Assembly: GCA_964446235.1 (NCBI GenBank)
Contig: CAYUNW010000004.1
Span: 141-64,140, forward strand
Length of the DNA: 64,000 nucleotides
Source of the DNA: an uncultured Gammaproteobacteria bacterium
GTDB taxonomy: Bacteria; Patescibacteriota; Microgenomatia; 2-02-FULL-39-11
Direction of reading: 5' to 3'
Both the position numbers and the translations under genes were made by a program. Below are positions 46,098 to 54,854 of the stretch, piece after piece (positions within the stretch are counted from its first letter, which is position 1; the number at the start of each line of letters is the position of its first letter). The notes beneath the pieces were generated by a model. That model had not been told where the DNA came from and did no database searches. It worked only from the letters and a program-made list of their open reading frames with translations.

Positions 46098-46105
46098 TTT
46101 TCACT

Positions 46106-46375
46106 TTAATGATTTTTAATATCATCTCTACTGTCAATATCTTCAGAATCTATATCCTTTGTATTTTCATATACATCTTTGAAATCATCTTTAATTTCCT
46201 CGATTTCGTTTTCGATTTCAGAAATTTTTCTTTTTAAATATCTGGCAAGTTCTAAAGCTTTCTTAAATTTAGGAATTCCTTTTTCCAGATCTATCTCATT
46301 ACTTTCGAATTCCTGTGTAATTTTTTCCAATTCTTTATATGCTTCTGATAGTGACTGTTTATTATTCTTCTTCAT
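46106..46375 (-). CDS. xseB: exodeoxyribonuclease VII small subunit
   Basis: SLSEAYKELEKITQEFESNEIDLEKGIPKFKKALELARYLKRKI. The gene overlaps the xseA 3' end. Confidence 0.8.
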   Translation of the reverse strand: MKKNNKQSLSEAYKELEKITQEFESNEIDLEKGIPKFKKALELARYLKRKISEIENEIEEIKDDFKDVYENTKDIDSEDIDSRDDIKNH

Positions 46376-47630
46376 AATTCCCCTTATTTATTTTATAAAT
46401 TTTTGATAAAGTGGCTCCATGATGGAAAATATTTTGGATATTCTGTCCAATATTTAAATCAACGGCAGACTTTATTATACGACCATTTTCTGTTTTAACT
46501 ATAGCAAATCCTCTGGAAAGGATACTTCGATAATCTAGGTTTTGCACTAATCTGTTCAAAGAATTGATTTTTAATTTTTCTCTTTCTGTGAAATTTAGAT
46601 AATTATCTCTTATTTGTCTTACGGACAAATTTATAAAAAAGACTATATTATCTACAGTTTGGCCCATTTTAGTTAAATGTTTTTCTATCCTGTACAGAAA
46701 TAAATTAAGTCTTTCACTTTGACTGGCAAAATTTACCGATAAACTATTTATCCAACTTTCAACCTGATATGAAATATGAATTGTATTTTCACTGAGTAAG
46801 GATTCAATATTTCTTAACTGAAAATCTATATTTTTTATCATTTCAACTCTATCTCTTGATATTAATTCTGCAACGTTTGAAGGAGTTGAAGCACGAAGAT
46901 CAGCTGCTAAATCTGCCAAAGTAACATCCTTTTCATGTCCTACTCCACTTACTATGGGAATACTACTTGAAAATATTGCACGAGCAACTTTCTCATCATT
47001 AAATGCTTTTAAATCTTCCAATGATCCCCCACCCCGAATCAATGCAATTAGATCTAAATTTTTTCTATATCTATTTAAATAACTAATTGCTCTAACAATC
47101 TGTTTCACACTATTTTCCCCCTGCACTGATACCGGATAATAATATATTTTAATTCCACCCATCCGATGTTTTAATACTTTGAGAAAATCGTTTTCTGCTT
47201 GGGAATTTTTAGCTGTCACTAGTCCGATGTTTTGAGGGTATTGCGGTAAAATTCTTTTCCTTGTAATTTCAAATAAACCTTCATCTTCAAGTTTTTTCTT
47301 TAATTTCTCAAAAGCAATTTTTAAAGCTCCTTCGCCTGCCGGTTCAATTTTGTAAGCATAAATACTAAATTTGCCAGATCTCCTATAAAGCCTAGGTTCA
47401 CCAGTAACATATATCTTCATTCCTTCTTCAAAAGAATTATAATTATAGATATTCTCAAGTACCCCAAATACTTCAATTGTAGATTCCTTATCTTTGATAG
47501 AAATAAAAAGCCATTTGTTTTGACTAATATTTATTTGACTTATTTCACCTTCGACAGTGACTTTACCTAAAAGTGAAAAATGCTGATTTATAGCTTCTAT
47601 AAATTCGCTGACAGAAAAAATGAATTCCAT
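46362..47630 (-). CDS. xseA: exodeoxyribonuclease VII large subunit
   Basis: N-terminal OB fold (VTVEGEISQINISQNKWLFISIKD), a catalytic core (IALIRGGGSLEDLKAFNDE, PIVSGVGHEKDVTLADLAADLRASTPS) and a long helical tail. Confidence 0.88.
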   Translation of the reverse strand: MEFIFSVSEFIEAINQHFSLLGKVTVEGEISQINISQNKWLFISIKDKESTIEVFGVLENIYNYNSFEEGMKIYVTGEPRLYRRSGKFSIYAYKIEPAGEGALKIAFEKLKKKLEDEGLFEITRKRILPQYPQNIGLVTAKNSQAENDFLKVLKHRMGGIKIYYYPVSVQGENSVKQIVRAISYLNRYRKNLDLIALIRGGGSLEDLKAFNDEKVARAIFSSSIPIVSGVGHEKDVTLADLAADLRASTPSNVAELISRDRVEMIKNIDFQLRNIESLLSENTIHISYQVESWINSLSVNFASQSERLNLFLYRIEKHLTKMGQTVDNIVFFINLSVRQIRDNYLNFTEREKLKINSLNRLVQNLDYRSILSRGFAIVKTENGRIIKSAVDLNIGQNIQNIFHHGATLSKIYKINKGNYEEE

Positions 47631-47741
47631 AATTAAGAGCTTACTTATTTTACAAATATATCATCCTGCTTTCCAGATAATAAAATCTATTAGATTTATT
47701 GTAACCATACTGTTACTATATACTTTAGGAGGTAAAATTAT

Positions 47742-48281
47742 ATGAATAGTAAAATATTTTATTTTCTTTTAATTATAATAGTATCAAATATAATAACTGT
47801 TAAACCAACCTTTGCCTTAAACAACCAAAACGCTCAAAGGATATTCGGTCAAAACGGACAAAATATAAAAGCTACGATAACTGAAAAAATTGACCAAAAT
47901 CAGCAGCGTAGAGAAGAAAGACGAGTCAATCTTGCTCGAAAACACGCAGAAAGATTACAAAACAGATTTAGTATCCATTATAATCATTTAAAAAAGATGG
48001 CGGAAAAAATCCAGAACAGGTTAAATATCATATCGTCTAATGGTAAAGATATTTCTTCTGCTCAAACTACCCTTGAAGAAGCCAAAACGAAAATAGAAGA
48101 AGCTAAAATAGTCGGCGATCAAACTGTGAATTTATTCCAAATGATACAAGAAGAAACATGGGAAGAACAGAAAATAGATTTAGATCAAGCTAAGGAAAAA
48201 ACAGTTGAAACAAGAAGGTTGTTTGTTGACGCTTTAAAATTATTAAAACAAACTGTTATTTTGGCACGATCTATAAATTAA
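47742..48281 (+). CDS. secreted coiled-coil protein, unknown function
   Basis: Signal peptide followed by helical Lys/Glu/Gln-rich sequence. TAGGAGG Shine-Dalgarno. Confidence 0.3.
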   Translation: MNSKIFYFLLIIIVSNIITVKPTFALNNQNAQRIFGQNGQNIKATITEKIDQNQQRREERRVNLARKHAERLQNRFSIHYNHLKKMAEKIQNRLNIISSNGKDISSAQTTLEEAKTKIEEAKIVGDQTVNLFQMIQEETWEEQKIDLDQAKEKTVETRRLFVDALKLLKQTVILARSIN

Positions 48282-48336
48282 TTTAATATTATAAGCTTTT
48301 TCAGGTTTATTTTATTATAAGTTGGAGGTGAAATTG

Positions 48337-48600
48337 ATGAAAAACAAAGGTGGATTATTAATATTTATAATAATTTTAATTCTAGCAATTATCGCTGTGG
48401 TCATAACACGATTACAAAAACCACTGCCCATACCAGTAGAAACAAATCAAATTGAAATGGAAAACAACGCTAATAATTCGGAAGAAGATAAATCAATTCC
48501 TGAAAATATGGAAATTTCAAATAATGACTCATTGGATACAATAGAAAAAGAACTCAATCAAATTTCTATACCAGAAGAAGACTTTACAGATATGGAGTAG
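48337..48600 (+). CDS. small membrane-anchored acidic protein
   Basis: The ATG at 48337 is preceded by GGAGGTGA, and the listed TTG at 48322 lies within or ahead of that Shine-Dalgarno. One TM helix, then an acidic tail. Confidence 0.3.
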   Translation: MKNKGGLLIFIIILILAIIAVVITRLQKPLPIPVETNQIEMENNANNSEEDKSIPENMEISNNDSLDTIEKELNQISIPEEDFTDME

Positions 48601-48661
48601 TTGACATTAAAACGTTCAATTCTTATTCTGTTTATATCAGATAATTTTTGATTATAAAATT

Positions 48662-49648
48662 ATGCAAGACTTTTTATCTAAACTCCAAAATAAGAAAGTT
48701 CCATTCATTATGGCTATCGCTGGAGACAGCGGAAGTGGAAAAACAACTTATTCTTCAGGAATTACCAAATTATTCGGTCATGACTTAGTTAAAACAATAA
48801 CTATGGATGGTTACCATAAAGAAAATAGAAAACAAAGAGAAATATCAAAAAAATTACCGCTTGATCCTCTTTCAAATAATTTGGACTTATTCAAAACTCA
48901 CCTTTCCCAACTGAAAAAAGGTGAAGTAATCAATTTACCGATTTATAATCATCATAGCGGCGACTTTGAAAAACCTGTCGAATTCAAACCTACTCCGATA
49001 ATTATCATCGAGGGTCTGCATAGCCTATATCCTGAATTTCTTGAATACATAGATTTTTCCATATACGTGGATCCGGATCGGGATATCAAATGGGAATGGA
49101 AATATGAAAGAGATGTCAATATTCGTCATCATGACGAAAAACCTCTTATAGAAGAAATGCTTGCTCGTGAAGCGGCTTATAAAAGATGGATAGATTTCCA
49201 AAAAACAAATGCGAATGTTGTTATAAAAATATCCCAAAGCCGAATTAGACAATTAGCCAAATATGAATTTATCGGACAACTTCCGAAACATACATATTAT
49301 GTAACAATGATATTGGATCAGGCAAAAATAACCTTACAACCTTTCACCTTATCTTTTGATATATCTCTTAAAGCAGATGAAAGCAATTTGCCTTTTAGTA
49401 TTGCCTGCGTACCCAGTATATATTGGGGTAGAAACACGACCGTAATCCATATAGACGGATTAATTCCTCAAAAAACCGTCTGTGAATTTGAAAATAATAT
49501 TAAAAAGACAGTTGGTGTAAATCCAGACACTGCATTTTCTCAAAATCCTGAATGTTTTGGAGATATGAACAATAAATATAACGGAACACAACTGGCACAA
49601 ATTATTATCCTTTACAGATTCTTAGAACAATTACAACACAACATCTGA
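48662..49648 (+). CDS. prk: phosphoribulokinase (class II, PRK/uridine-kinase fold)
   Basis: P-loop IAGDSGSGKTT. The stretch MDGYHKENRKQRE...LDPLSNNLDL...PIYNHHSGDFEKP...IIIEGLHSLYPE...DFSIYVDPDRDIKWEWKYERD parallels cyanobacterial/archaeal PRK. The PRK-specific C-terminal extension ends YNGTQLAQIIILYRFLEQL. At 328 aa it is too long for Udk. Confidence 0.75.
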   Translation: MQDFLSKLQNKKVPFIMAIAGDSGSGKTTYSSGITKLFGHDLVKTITMDGYHKENRKQREISKKLPLDPLSNNLDLFKTHLSQLKKGEVINLPIYNHHSGDFEKPVEFKPTPIIIIEGLHSLYPEFLEYIDFSIYVDPDRDIKWEWKYERDVNIRHHDEKPLIEEMLAREAAYKRWIDFQKTNANVVIKISQSRIRQLAKYEFIGQLPKHTYYVTMILDQAKITLQPFTLSFDISLKADESNLPFSIACVPSIYWGRNTTVIHIDGLIPQKTVCEFENNIKKTVGVNPDTAFSQNPECFGDMNNKYNGTQLAQIIILYRFLEQLQHNI

Positions 49649-49651
49649 ATA

Positions 49652-50902
49652 TTATTTATCATTCCCCCATTTTTCCAAAGCTTTAGCTAAATTTTGATCA
49701 TTTTTGGAATAATCTTCTAGCGTTTTTCCATCCATTGTTGCTTTCATGGCAGAAGCCACCGCTTGCGCACCCTTTAATGAACCGTCAGGATGCCCATGAA
49801 TACCTCCACCGAAATTAAACAACATATCCTTACCTAATATATTGTATAAATCCGGTATAAGACCTGGATATAAACCTCCAGAGGCAACAGGTAAGACTGT
49901 TTTAAGACCATACCATTCCGATCGTAAGAAATTATTCATATTCTGAACCTCTTCTTTACCCCCTTCCATTTTTCCGACTACAGTACCAGTATGTAAAGAA
50001 TCAACTCCTGCAAGTCTTGATAATTTTGCGATAAAAAGCATAGTCATTCCATACTGCTTGGATCTGGTAAATGCTGCATGCATAGCCCGATGAGCATGTA
50101 TCATTTTATGGTAGTTCTTATTTCGTATACCTTGAACAGCAGCAAATCCTGCTGTTAAAACATCTATCATATGGCAATTTCCGCCATTTTGCACTACTGC
50201 GTCTGCTCTATTTACCATTTCTTCATAAGACGCTGTGATATTGAATGCATAAATTTTTTCACCACCTTTACCTAAGTACCCTTTTTCTTTCATTCTCCTT
50301 GTCATTTCCGTCACTCTTTCATAAAACGGATTGAAATCCTGGCTGGTCAGATTTTCGTCGTCTTTGACTAAATCCAAACCCCCATCATATACCGCCATTG
50401 CTGCATCGCTATGATCATTTGTGGACAATCCAAGCTTAGGTTTGATAATCGAACCCATCAATGGTCTATTACTAATACCGGTTATTTCTCTTATACCATC
50501 TATTCCCAATGCCGGACCGGGAAATGAAACAACATACTTTTCCGGAAATTCTATATCAATTATTCGAAGAGTTGCTACTTCAGCTAAACCAAATATATTT
50601 CCGGCAATTGATGATAATAATTGTGGTATGCTGCCGGGTTCGAAAAGTTCTAATGTATATGCTACCTTCAATAAACCACTCGATTCATCCATTTCAATGA
50701 CTCTACCGTGTAAATGATCCCACAATGTCTTCTCGTTTAATCCGATATCTGTCCATGTCCCTACGGACGATTCTGCCGCAACGCCTCCGGCTGTCCTATC
50801 AAAAGGCTGACCTTCTGATTTTAGTTGAAAAGTTACCGTTATATAATCTTCTTTATTTATATTTTCACCTATTGATAAATAATTTTTATATGGATTACTC
50901 AT
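49652..50902 (-). CDS. rbcL: ribulose-1,5-bisphosphate carboxylase/oxygenase large subunit, form III type (416 aa)
   Basis: The catalytic set is retained: GSIIKPKLGL, LVKDDE, HAHRAMHAA, HTGTVVGKMEG, PVASGG and FGGGIHGHP. There is no small-subunit gene. It follows an R15P isomerase gene. Confidence 0.92.
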   Translation of the reverse strand: MSNPYKNYLSIGENINKEDYITVTFQLKSEGQPFDRTAGGVAAESSVGTWTDIGLNEKTLWDHLHGRVIEMDESSGLLKVAYTLELFEPGSIPQLLSSIAGNIFGLAEVATLRIIDIEFPEKYVVSFPGPALGIDGIREITGISNRPLMGSIIKPKLGLSTNDHSDAAMAVYDGGLDLVKDDENLTSQDFNPFYERVTEMTRRMKEKGYLGKGGEKIYAFNITASYEEMVNRADAVVQNGGNCHMIDVLTAGFAAVQGIRNKNYHKMIHAHRAMHAAFTRSKQYGMTMLFIAKLSRLAGVDSLHTGTVVGKMEGGKEEVQNMNNFLRSEWYGLKTVLPVASGGLYPGLIPDLYNILGKDMLFNFGGGIHGHPDGSLKGAQAVASAMKATMDGKTLEDYSKNDQNLAKALEKWGNDK

Positions 50903-50912
50903 AATTATTTTT

Positions 50913-51812
50913 TTAAATTTTAATAAAATTATAATTTAATAAAGCTTTTTGTTTAACCTGATTATTTTCCAATATTCCTTCTTCGCACACTATTTTTATA
51001 ATTTCAGAATATGAAACGAAGTCAAAAGCCGGACTGTATATTTTAAGTTTAGATGTAGCCTCTGGCCACACCTCTTCACTTTTTCTTTTTTCTATCAATT
51101 CATAAGAAAAATCACGAGGATCATATTTCAACAAAATACTCATTGAATATAAAGGGGTTTTATACTCTTTACATGCTAAAGCTATTCCCATACTGCCAAT
51201 TTTATTTACAAAACCAGTTTCTGTTAATAAATCCGCTCCGATAAATACAGCATCGATTTTATTATAAACACCGCTTATTATACTGGTTGCCGCATCATCA
51301 ATTATTAAAGTTACATCTTCAATTCCTCCTTCTAAGAGTTCTTTCACGGTCACTCTACCCTGAAACAATGGACGCGTTTCAGTAGCAATAACCGAAAATT
51401 TCTTTCCTTGTTTTTTTGCTTCTAAAAACATTGAGGTTACCGTTGAAGAATGACAATGAGTTAGATAGCAACCGCCATCTTTTATCATAGACATGCCAAC
51501 TTTTGACATTCTCATTTTTGCAGATGCTATAAAATTTTTATATTCTTCAATTTTTTTCACATATTCGCCTCTTGAATGTAAATTGGAATTAAAAACATAT
51601 CTTACGGCGTTCTGAGCTAGAGGCTCTGTTGGTCTTGCATATGCTAAATCATCGGCAATATCTTTCAATTTTTTATGAAGCTGATCCAAAGAAAGATTTT
51701 CAAACATCTTCAAACCTTCAATCACTCCATCCAAAGTAGCTAAAGCCACATTTGTAGCGCCTTGAATTCTTAATTGAATTATGTCTTCTTTAAGTTGTTT
51801 AATTCTGTCCAT
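50913..51812 (-). CDS. ribose-1,5-bisphosphate isomerase (eIF-2B alpha/beta/delta-like, e2b2)
   Basis: eIF-2B-related fold (THCHSSTVTSMF, VIATETRPLFQGR, VFIGADLLTETGFVNKIGS). Sits directly upstream of RuBisCO. Confidence 0.8.
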   Translation of the reverse strand: MDRIKQLKEDIIQLRIQGATNVALATLDGVIEGLKMFENLSLDQLHKKLKDIADDLAYARPTEPLAQNAVRYVFNSNLHSRGEYVKKIEEYKNFIASAKMRMSKVGMSMIKDGGCYLTHCHSSTVTSMFLEAKKQGKKFSVIATETRPLFQGRVTVKELLEGGIEDVTLIIDDAATSIISGVYNKIDAVFIGADLLTETGFVNKIGSMGIALACKEYKTPLYSMSILLKYDPRDFSYELIEKRKSEEVWPEATSKLKIYSPAFDFVSYSEIIKIVCEEGILENNQVKQKALLNYNFIKI

Positions 51813-51821
51813 GATTAAAAT

Positions 51822-51830
51822 ATTTTATCA
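51822..51830 (-). promoter_or_regulatory. extended -10 promoter (TGaTAAAAT) of the e2b2-rbcL operon
   Basis: The minus strand reads TGATAAAAT (51830..51822). The ATG at 51812 lies 9 nt downstream, with no Shine-Dalgarno. Confidence 0.45.
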
Positions 51831-51855
51831 TGTCTTTGTCATAAAAAAATAATCA

Positions 51856-52296
51856 TCAAATCCATTGCCTGACTTTTTTCTTATAATTTTTATACTCATT
51901 GAATATATCTTCCATTGTCTTTTCTTCTTGCGGTACAAATATAAAATTCATTGTTAAAAAGAAAATAATGCTTCCTGAAAAAGAAGCAAGCGAACCTAAG
52001 ACAAAGCCAAGTCCTACCAGCATCAAAGTCATACCTAAATACATTGGATGTCTGGAAAAACGGAATGGTCCAGTTTTTATAAGTACTTTTGGTTGTTTAT
52101 CCGGTCTTACCGAAGTATGATATTCCTTAAAAATAAAATCAGCCCAAATATTTAATAATATTCCGATAAATATAAAAATCAGTCCAATAAATTTATAAGG
52201 TCCAGAAATTATTTGATCTACAGGATAAAAAAAATGCAAAAGTATAGATAATACAATATTTAATGATAAATGGGTTGTTGGAAATAATTTATTCAT
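51856..52296 (-). CDS. ICMT/PEMT-like membrane methyltransferase family protein
   Basis: Four TM helices and the TGPFRFSRHPMYLGMTLMLVG motif. Confidence 0.6.
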   Translation of the reverse strand: MNKLFPTTHLSLNIVLSILLHFFYPVDQIISGPYKFIGLIFIFIGILLNIWADFIFKEYHTSVRPDKQPKVLIKTGPFRFSRHPMYLGMTLMLVGLGFVLGSLASFSGSIIFFLTMNFIFVPQEEKTMEDIFNEYKNYKKKVRQWI

Positions 52297-52297
52297 C

Positions 52298-52960
52298 CTA
52301 TTTATAATAATTTTTTACTTGATTAAACCACCCGCAAAATTCACAATCTGTAGAATTTGCCGGTATATCATTTTCAAGTATTTTAACAGCTTTTTCAATC
52401 CTGGATGTTACTTTTTCCGGATAAGCTGTGATCTTTTCTATATGGATAATCATTGGAAACCCTTCATGTAGTCTATCGGATAAATCCGGATAGAAAAAAA
52501 TTAAATAGCCGAATTTTTTTGTGGATTTTTTGTTTTTTTCAAGCAGAAAAACATATTCATCTATCTGATTTTGATACGCATCAAGCACCGGTTTAGTTCT
52601 GGGATCCGAAGAAGAGGTTTTGAAATCAACTGGAATATAATCTCCATCACCATCAACAATACATTCATCTAGTTTTCCTAAAAAACCATATTTATCGTTG
52701 AATTGATAAAAATATTTCTCTTTAAAAGGACTTTCCAGATAACCGTTTATTTTATTCTTTATAACTCCGGGTAACTCTCCTTTATTACGGTAAAAATCAA
52801 AATATTTTTTTATAACAATGTCAAATCTATTGGCAAGCCGTGATTGAATTCCCTCAGGTAATTTAATTTTTTGTTTATATGAAAGCCAAAAACATCTTTG
52901 ACATCTGTTAATACTCTCAATTGCTGTATGAGAAAGCCAAATTAGTTTATTTTGAATCAT
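52298..52960 (-). CDS. PD-(D/E)XK nuclease, Cas4/RecB-like, four-Cys
   Basis: N-terminal LSHTAIESINRCQRCFW. Core GKLDE...IPVDFKT. DAYQNQIDEY (QxxxY). C-terminal CEFCGW. Confidence 0.6.
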   Translation of the reverse strand: MIQNKLIWLSHTAIESINRCQRCFWLSYKQKIKLPEGIQSRLANRFDIVIKKYFDFYRNKGELPGVIKNKINGYLESPFKEKYFYQFNDKYGFLGKLDECIVDGDGDYIPVDFKTSSSDPRTKPVLDAYQNQIDEYVFLLEKNKKSTKKFGYLIFFYPDLSDRLHEGFPMIIHIEKITAYPEKVTSRIEKAVKILENDIPANSTDCEFCGWFNQVKNYYK

Positions 52961-53045
52961 TTAATCATTATAACTTAAATTGAGTTTCACGGAAAAAATT
53001 TTTGGTTTTTCAAGAAGTATTGTCCAGTAAAAAAAGCTGTACTTT

Positions 53046-53294
53046 TTATAAAAACTTGGAAGTCTTTTTTAATTTTCGGTTTTTGAAAGCATTTTTTTTA
53101 CGTTTGTCTGAAGCGATTTTTATCAGGGCAATTTTATCTTTTTTTTGTTTTAACATTTCCTCAACTATCTTTTGACACTCTTTATCAGGACAAACAGTTT
53201 CAGTATAAGTAACTTTTGAATTATTTACGCTTTCGGTCCAACTTTTTTTCTCTATCCTGACCCTACCGCAACGGATACATTTTGTATTTTCCAT
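53046..53294 (-). CDS. small zinc-ribbon protein with basic tail
   Basis: CIRC...CPDKEC provides four Cys, followed by a Lys-rich C-terminus. Sits directly downstream of the RRM protein gene. Confidence 0.35.
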   Translation of the reverse strand: MENTKCIRCGRVRIEKKSWTESVNNSKVTYTETVCPDKECQKIVEEMLKQKKDKIALIKIASDKRKKNAFKNRKLKKTSKFL

Positions 53295-53306
53295 AGAAAT
53301 ATTAGA

Positions 53307-53642
53307 TTAATATCTATTTTGTCTACCGCCACCCCCAAAACCTCTTTGGCCTCCGCGACTAAACCTACCACCGCCTCTTCCGTTTGAAAAAGTAGGTTTG
53401 GGTAAAGCTTCCTTAACGACGATTTTTCTACCTTCCAATTCGGTACCGTTCAATTTCTCAATAGCTTTCAAAGCCTCTTCATCAGTCGTCATTTCCACAA
53501 ATCCAAAACCCCTGCTTCTACCACTGTCTCTGTCTTTTATGACATTGGCTGATACAACTTGACCGAATTGAACAAACAATTGTCCTAAATCGTCATCAGT
53601 AACTGAAAAAGGGAGGCTCCCTACAAAAATATTTTTTGCCAT
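53307..53642 (-). CDS. RRM-type RNA-binding protein with RGG tail
   Basis: RNP2 IFVGSL, RNP1 RGFGFVEM, and a C-terminal GRGGGRFSRGGQRGFGGGGR. AAAGGAG Shine-Dalgarno. Confidence 0.88.
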   Translation of the reverse strand: MAKNIFVGSLPFSVTDDDLGQLFVQFGQVVSANVIKDRDSGRSRGFGFVEMTTDEEALKAIEKLNGTELEGRKIVVKEALPKPTFSNGRGGGRFSRGGQRGFGGGGRQNRY

Positions 53643-53910
53643 TTTTAAATCTCCTTTTAGGAAATCTTTCTTATATAAAGAAAGGAATATTAATTAATAT
53701 TAGCAAATGAATCTGTTTAAATTAATTGAAGATTATTTATATGATTCCGGCAGATGAATTTAAACAAATTTATTACTATAAATCGGAATTACAGCTCTCA
53801 TTATACCATAAATTTGTATTAACTTGCAGTATTTCAAGTTATCGATATCAAAATTATAAAACTCTTAAAGTTGTTGGTTTTATAAAAAGCAAAAATTTGA
53901 ATATTAAAAC

Positions 53911-54738
53911 TTATAATATATAAATATCCTGTTTGTATGAATTCGTATAAATATATTCTGCTTTTCCCTGAAGAATTTTTTCATATGGTTCACAAAACAT
54001 ACAACCGTTTGGTTTTTTGCATACAAATCTATTTAATTTACGGGCTAAAACTATCTTTTTGGCTATTTCCAGAATTCTATCTTGGGCATTCTGATATGAT
54101 GGTATTTCCTGATCAATTGGTTCGTCATCCCTTTGAAGATACCAGTATGAAATCCCTGACACTTTTTTTGCCTGACAGTTGGTAACAAGTAAGTAATATA
54201 TCGGCAACTGCAACGAATCTGGATCTTCATCATATTTACCGGTTTTGAAATCTATGATCCTGACACTGTCATCATTTTCAACGTATTCCAACCAGTCAAC
54301 TTTACCGCATAATATGATGTTTTCTTCCTCATCCAACCAAAAATATGGTAAATTCTGACGTATCTTTATCGCTTTGTTTTTTAAAGGCCCGGGATTCTCT
54401 TCTATTCTTTCAAGCATTTTGATACCCTGGTTTTTATAATCAATTTCTTCTTTTTCTGATTTAAATCCGCCTCTTTTCCCTGATATATTGGTCCAGAATT
54501 TATTATAAATATCTTTCAAGGAAACAAGCGTTCTTTTCTCAACAGGTAGGAAAGATAATGAATCAATTACGTCATGAACTATCTGACCTAATGCTAATGG
54601 TGGTTGAATAAGATTAATTTTATGTCCATTGTCCGTATTTCTGTATATATTTTTCAAAAAATATGATCTGGGACACTTAAGATAATCAGTAATTGAAGAG
54701 TAAGACACCCATACGGCGGAATATTTATCTTTGACCAT
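53911..54738 (-). CDS. PD-(D/E)XK nuclease, Cas4/AddB-like with Cys cluster
   Basis: VSYSSITDYLKCPRSYF, GKVDW...IIDFKTGK, LQLPIYYL and a C-terminal C-x6-C-x2-C (CKKPNGCMFC). Confidence 0.6.
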   Translation of the reverse strand: MVKDKYSAVWVSYSSITDYLKCPRSYFLKNIYRNTDNGHKINLIQPPLALGQIVHDVIDSLSFLPVEKRTLVSLKDIYNKFWTNISGKRGGFKSEKEEIDYKNQGIKMLERIEENPGPLKNKAIKIRQNLPYFWLDEEENIILCGKVDWLEYVENDDSVRIIDFKTGKYDEDPDSLQLPIYYLLVTNCQAKKVSGISYWYLQRDDEPIDQEIPSYQNAQDRILEIAKKIVLARKLNRFVCKKPNGCMFCEPYEKILQGKAEYIYTNSYKQDIYIL

Positions 54739-54854
54739 AATTAATATCCAATTTTAACATTAAATTATATTCTTATTGAATATATTACTTCTTGACAAAC
54801 TGTTATTAATTTGATATCAGTTATATATTAACAATTTATGAAAGGCATTTTTAT

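Noticed and set aside
48662-49648. Uridine kinase / pantothenate kinase as an alternative to PRK.
   Set aside because: The length (328 aa) and the C-terminal extension ending GTQLAQIIILYRFLEQL parallel the class II PRK C-terminus. Uridine kinases are about 210 aa. The call still needs phylogenetic confirmation.
49652-50902. RuBisCO-like protein (form IV, non-carboxylating) as an alternative call.
   Set aside because: The carbamylated Lys context (VKDDE), KPK, HRAMH, HTGT, GKMEG and the C-terminal GGG motifs are all present. RLPs usually lack several of these.
53726-53923. 65-aa ORF in the long intergenic gap.
   Set aside because: It has a TTG start, no RBS and a low-complexity Tyr/Lys/Ile composition typical of AT-rich non-coding DNA, and it overlaps the 3' end of the neighbouring nuclease gene.
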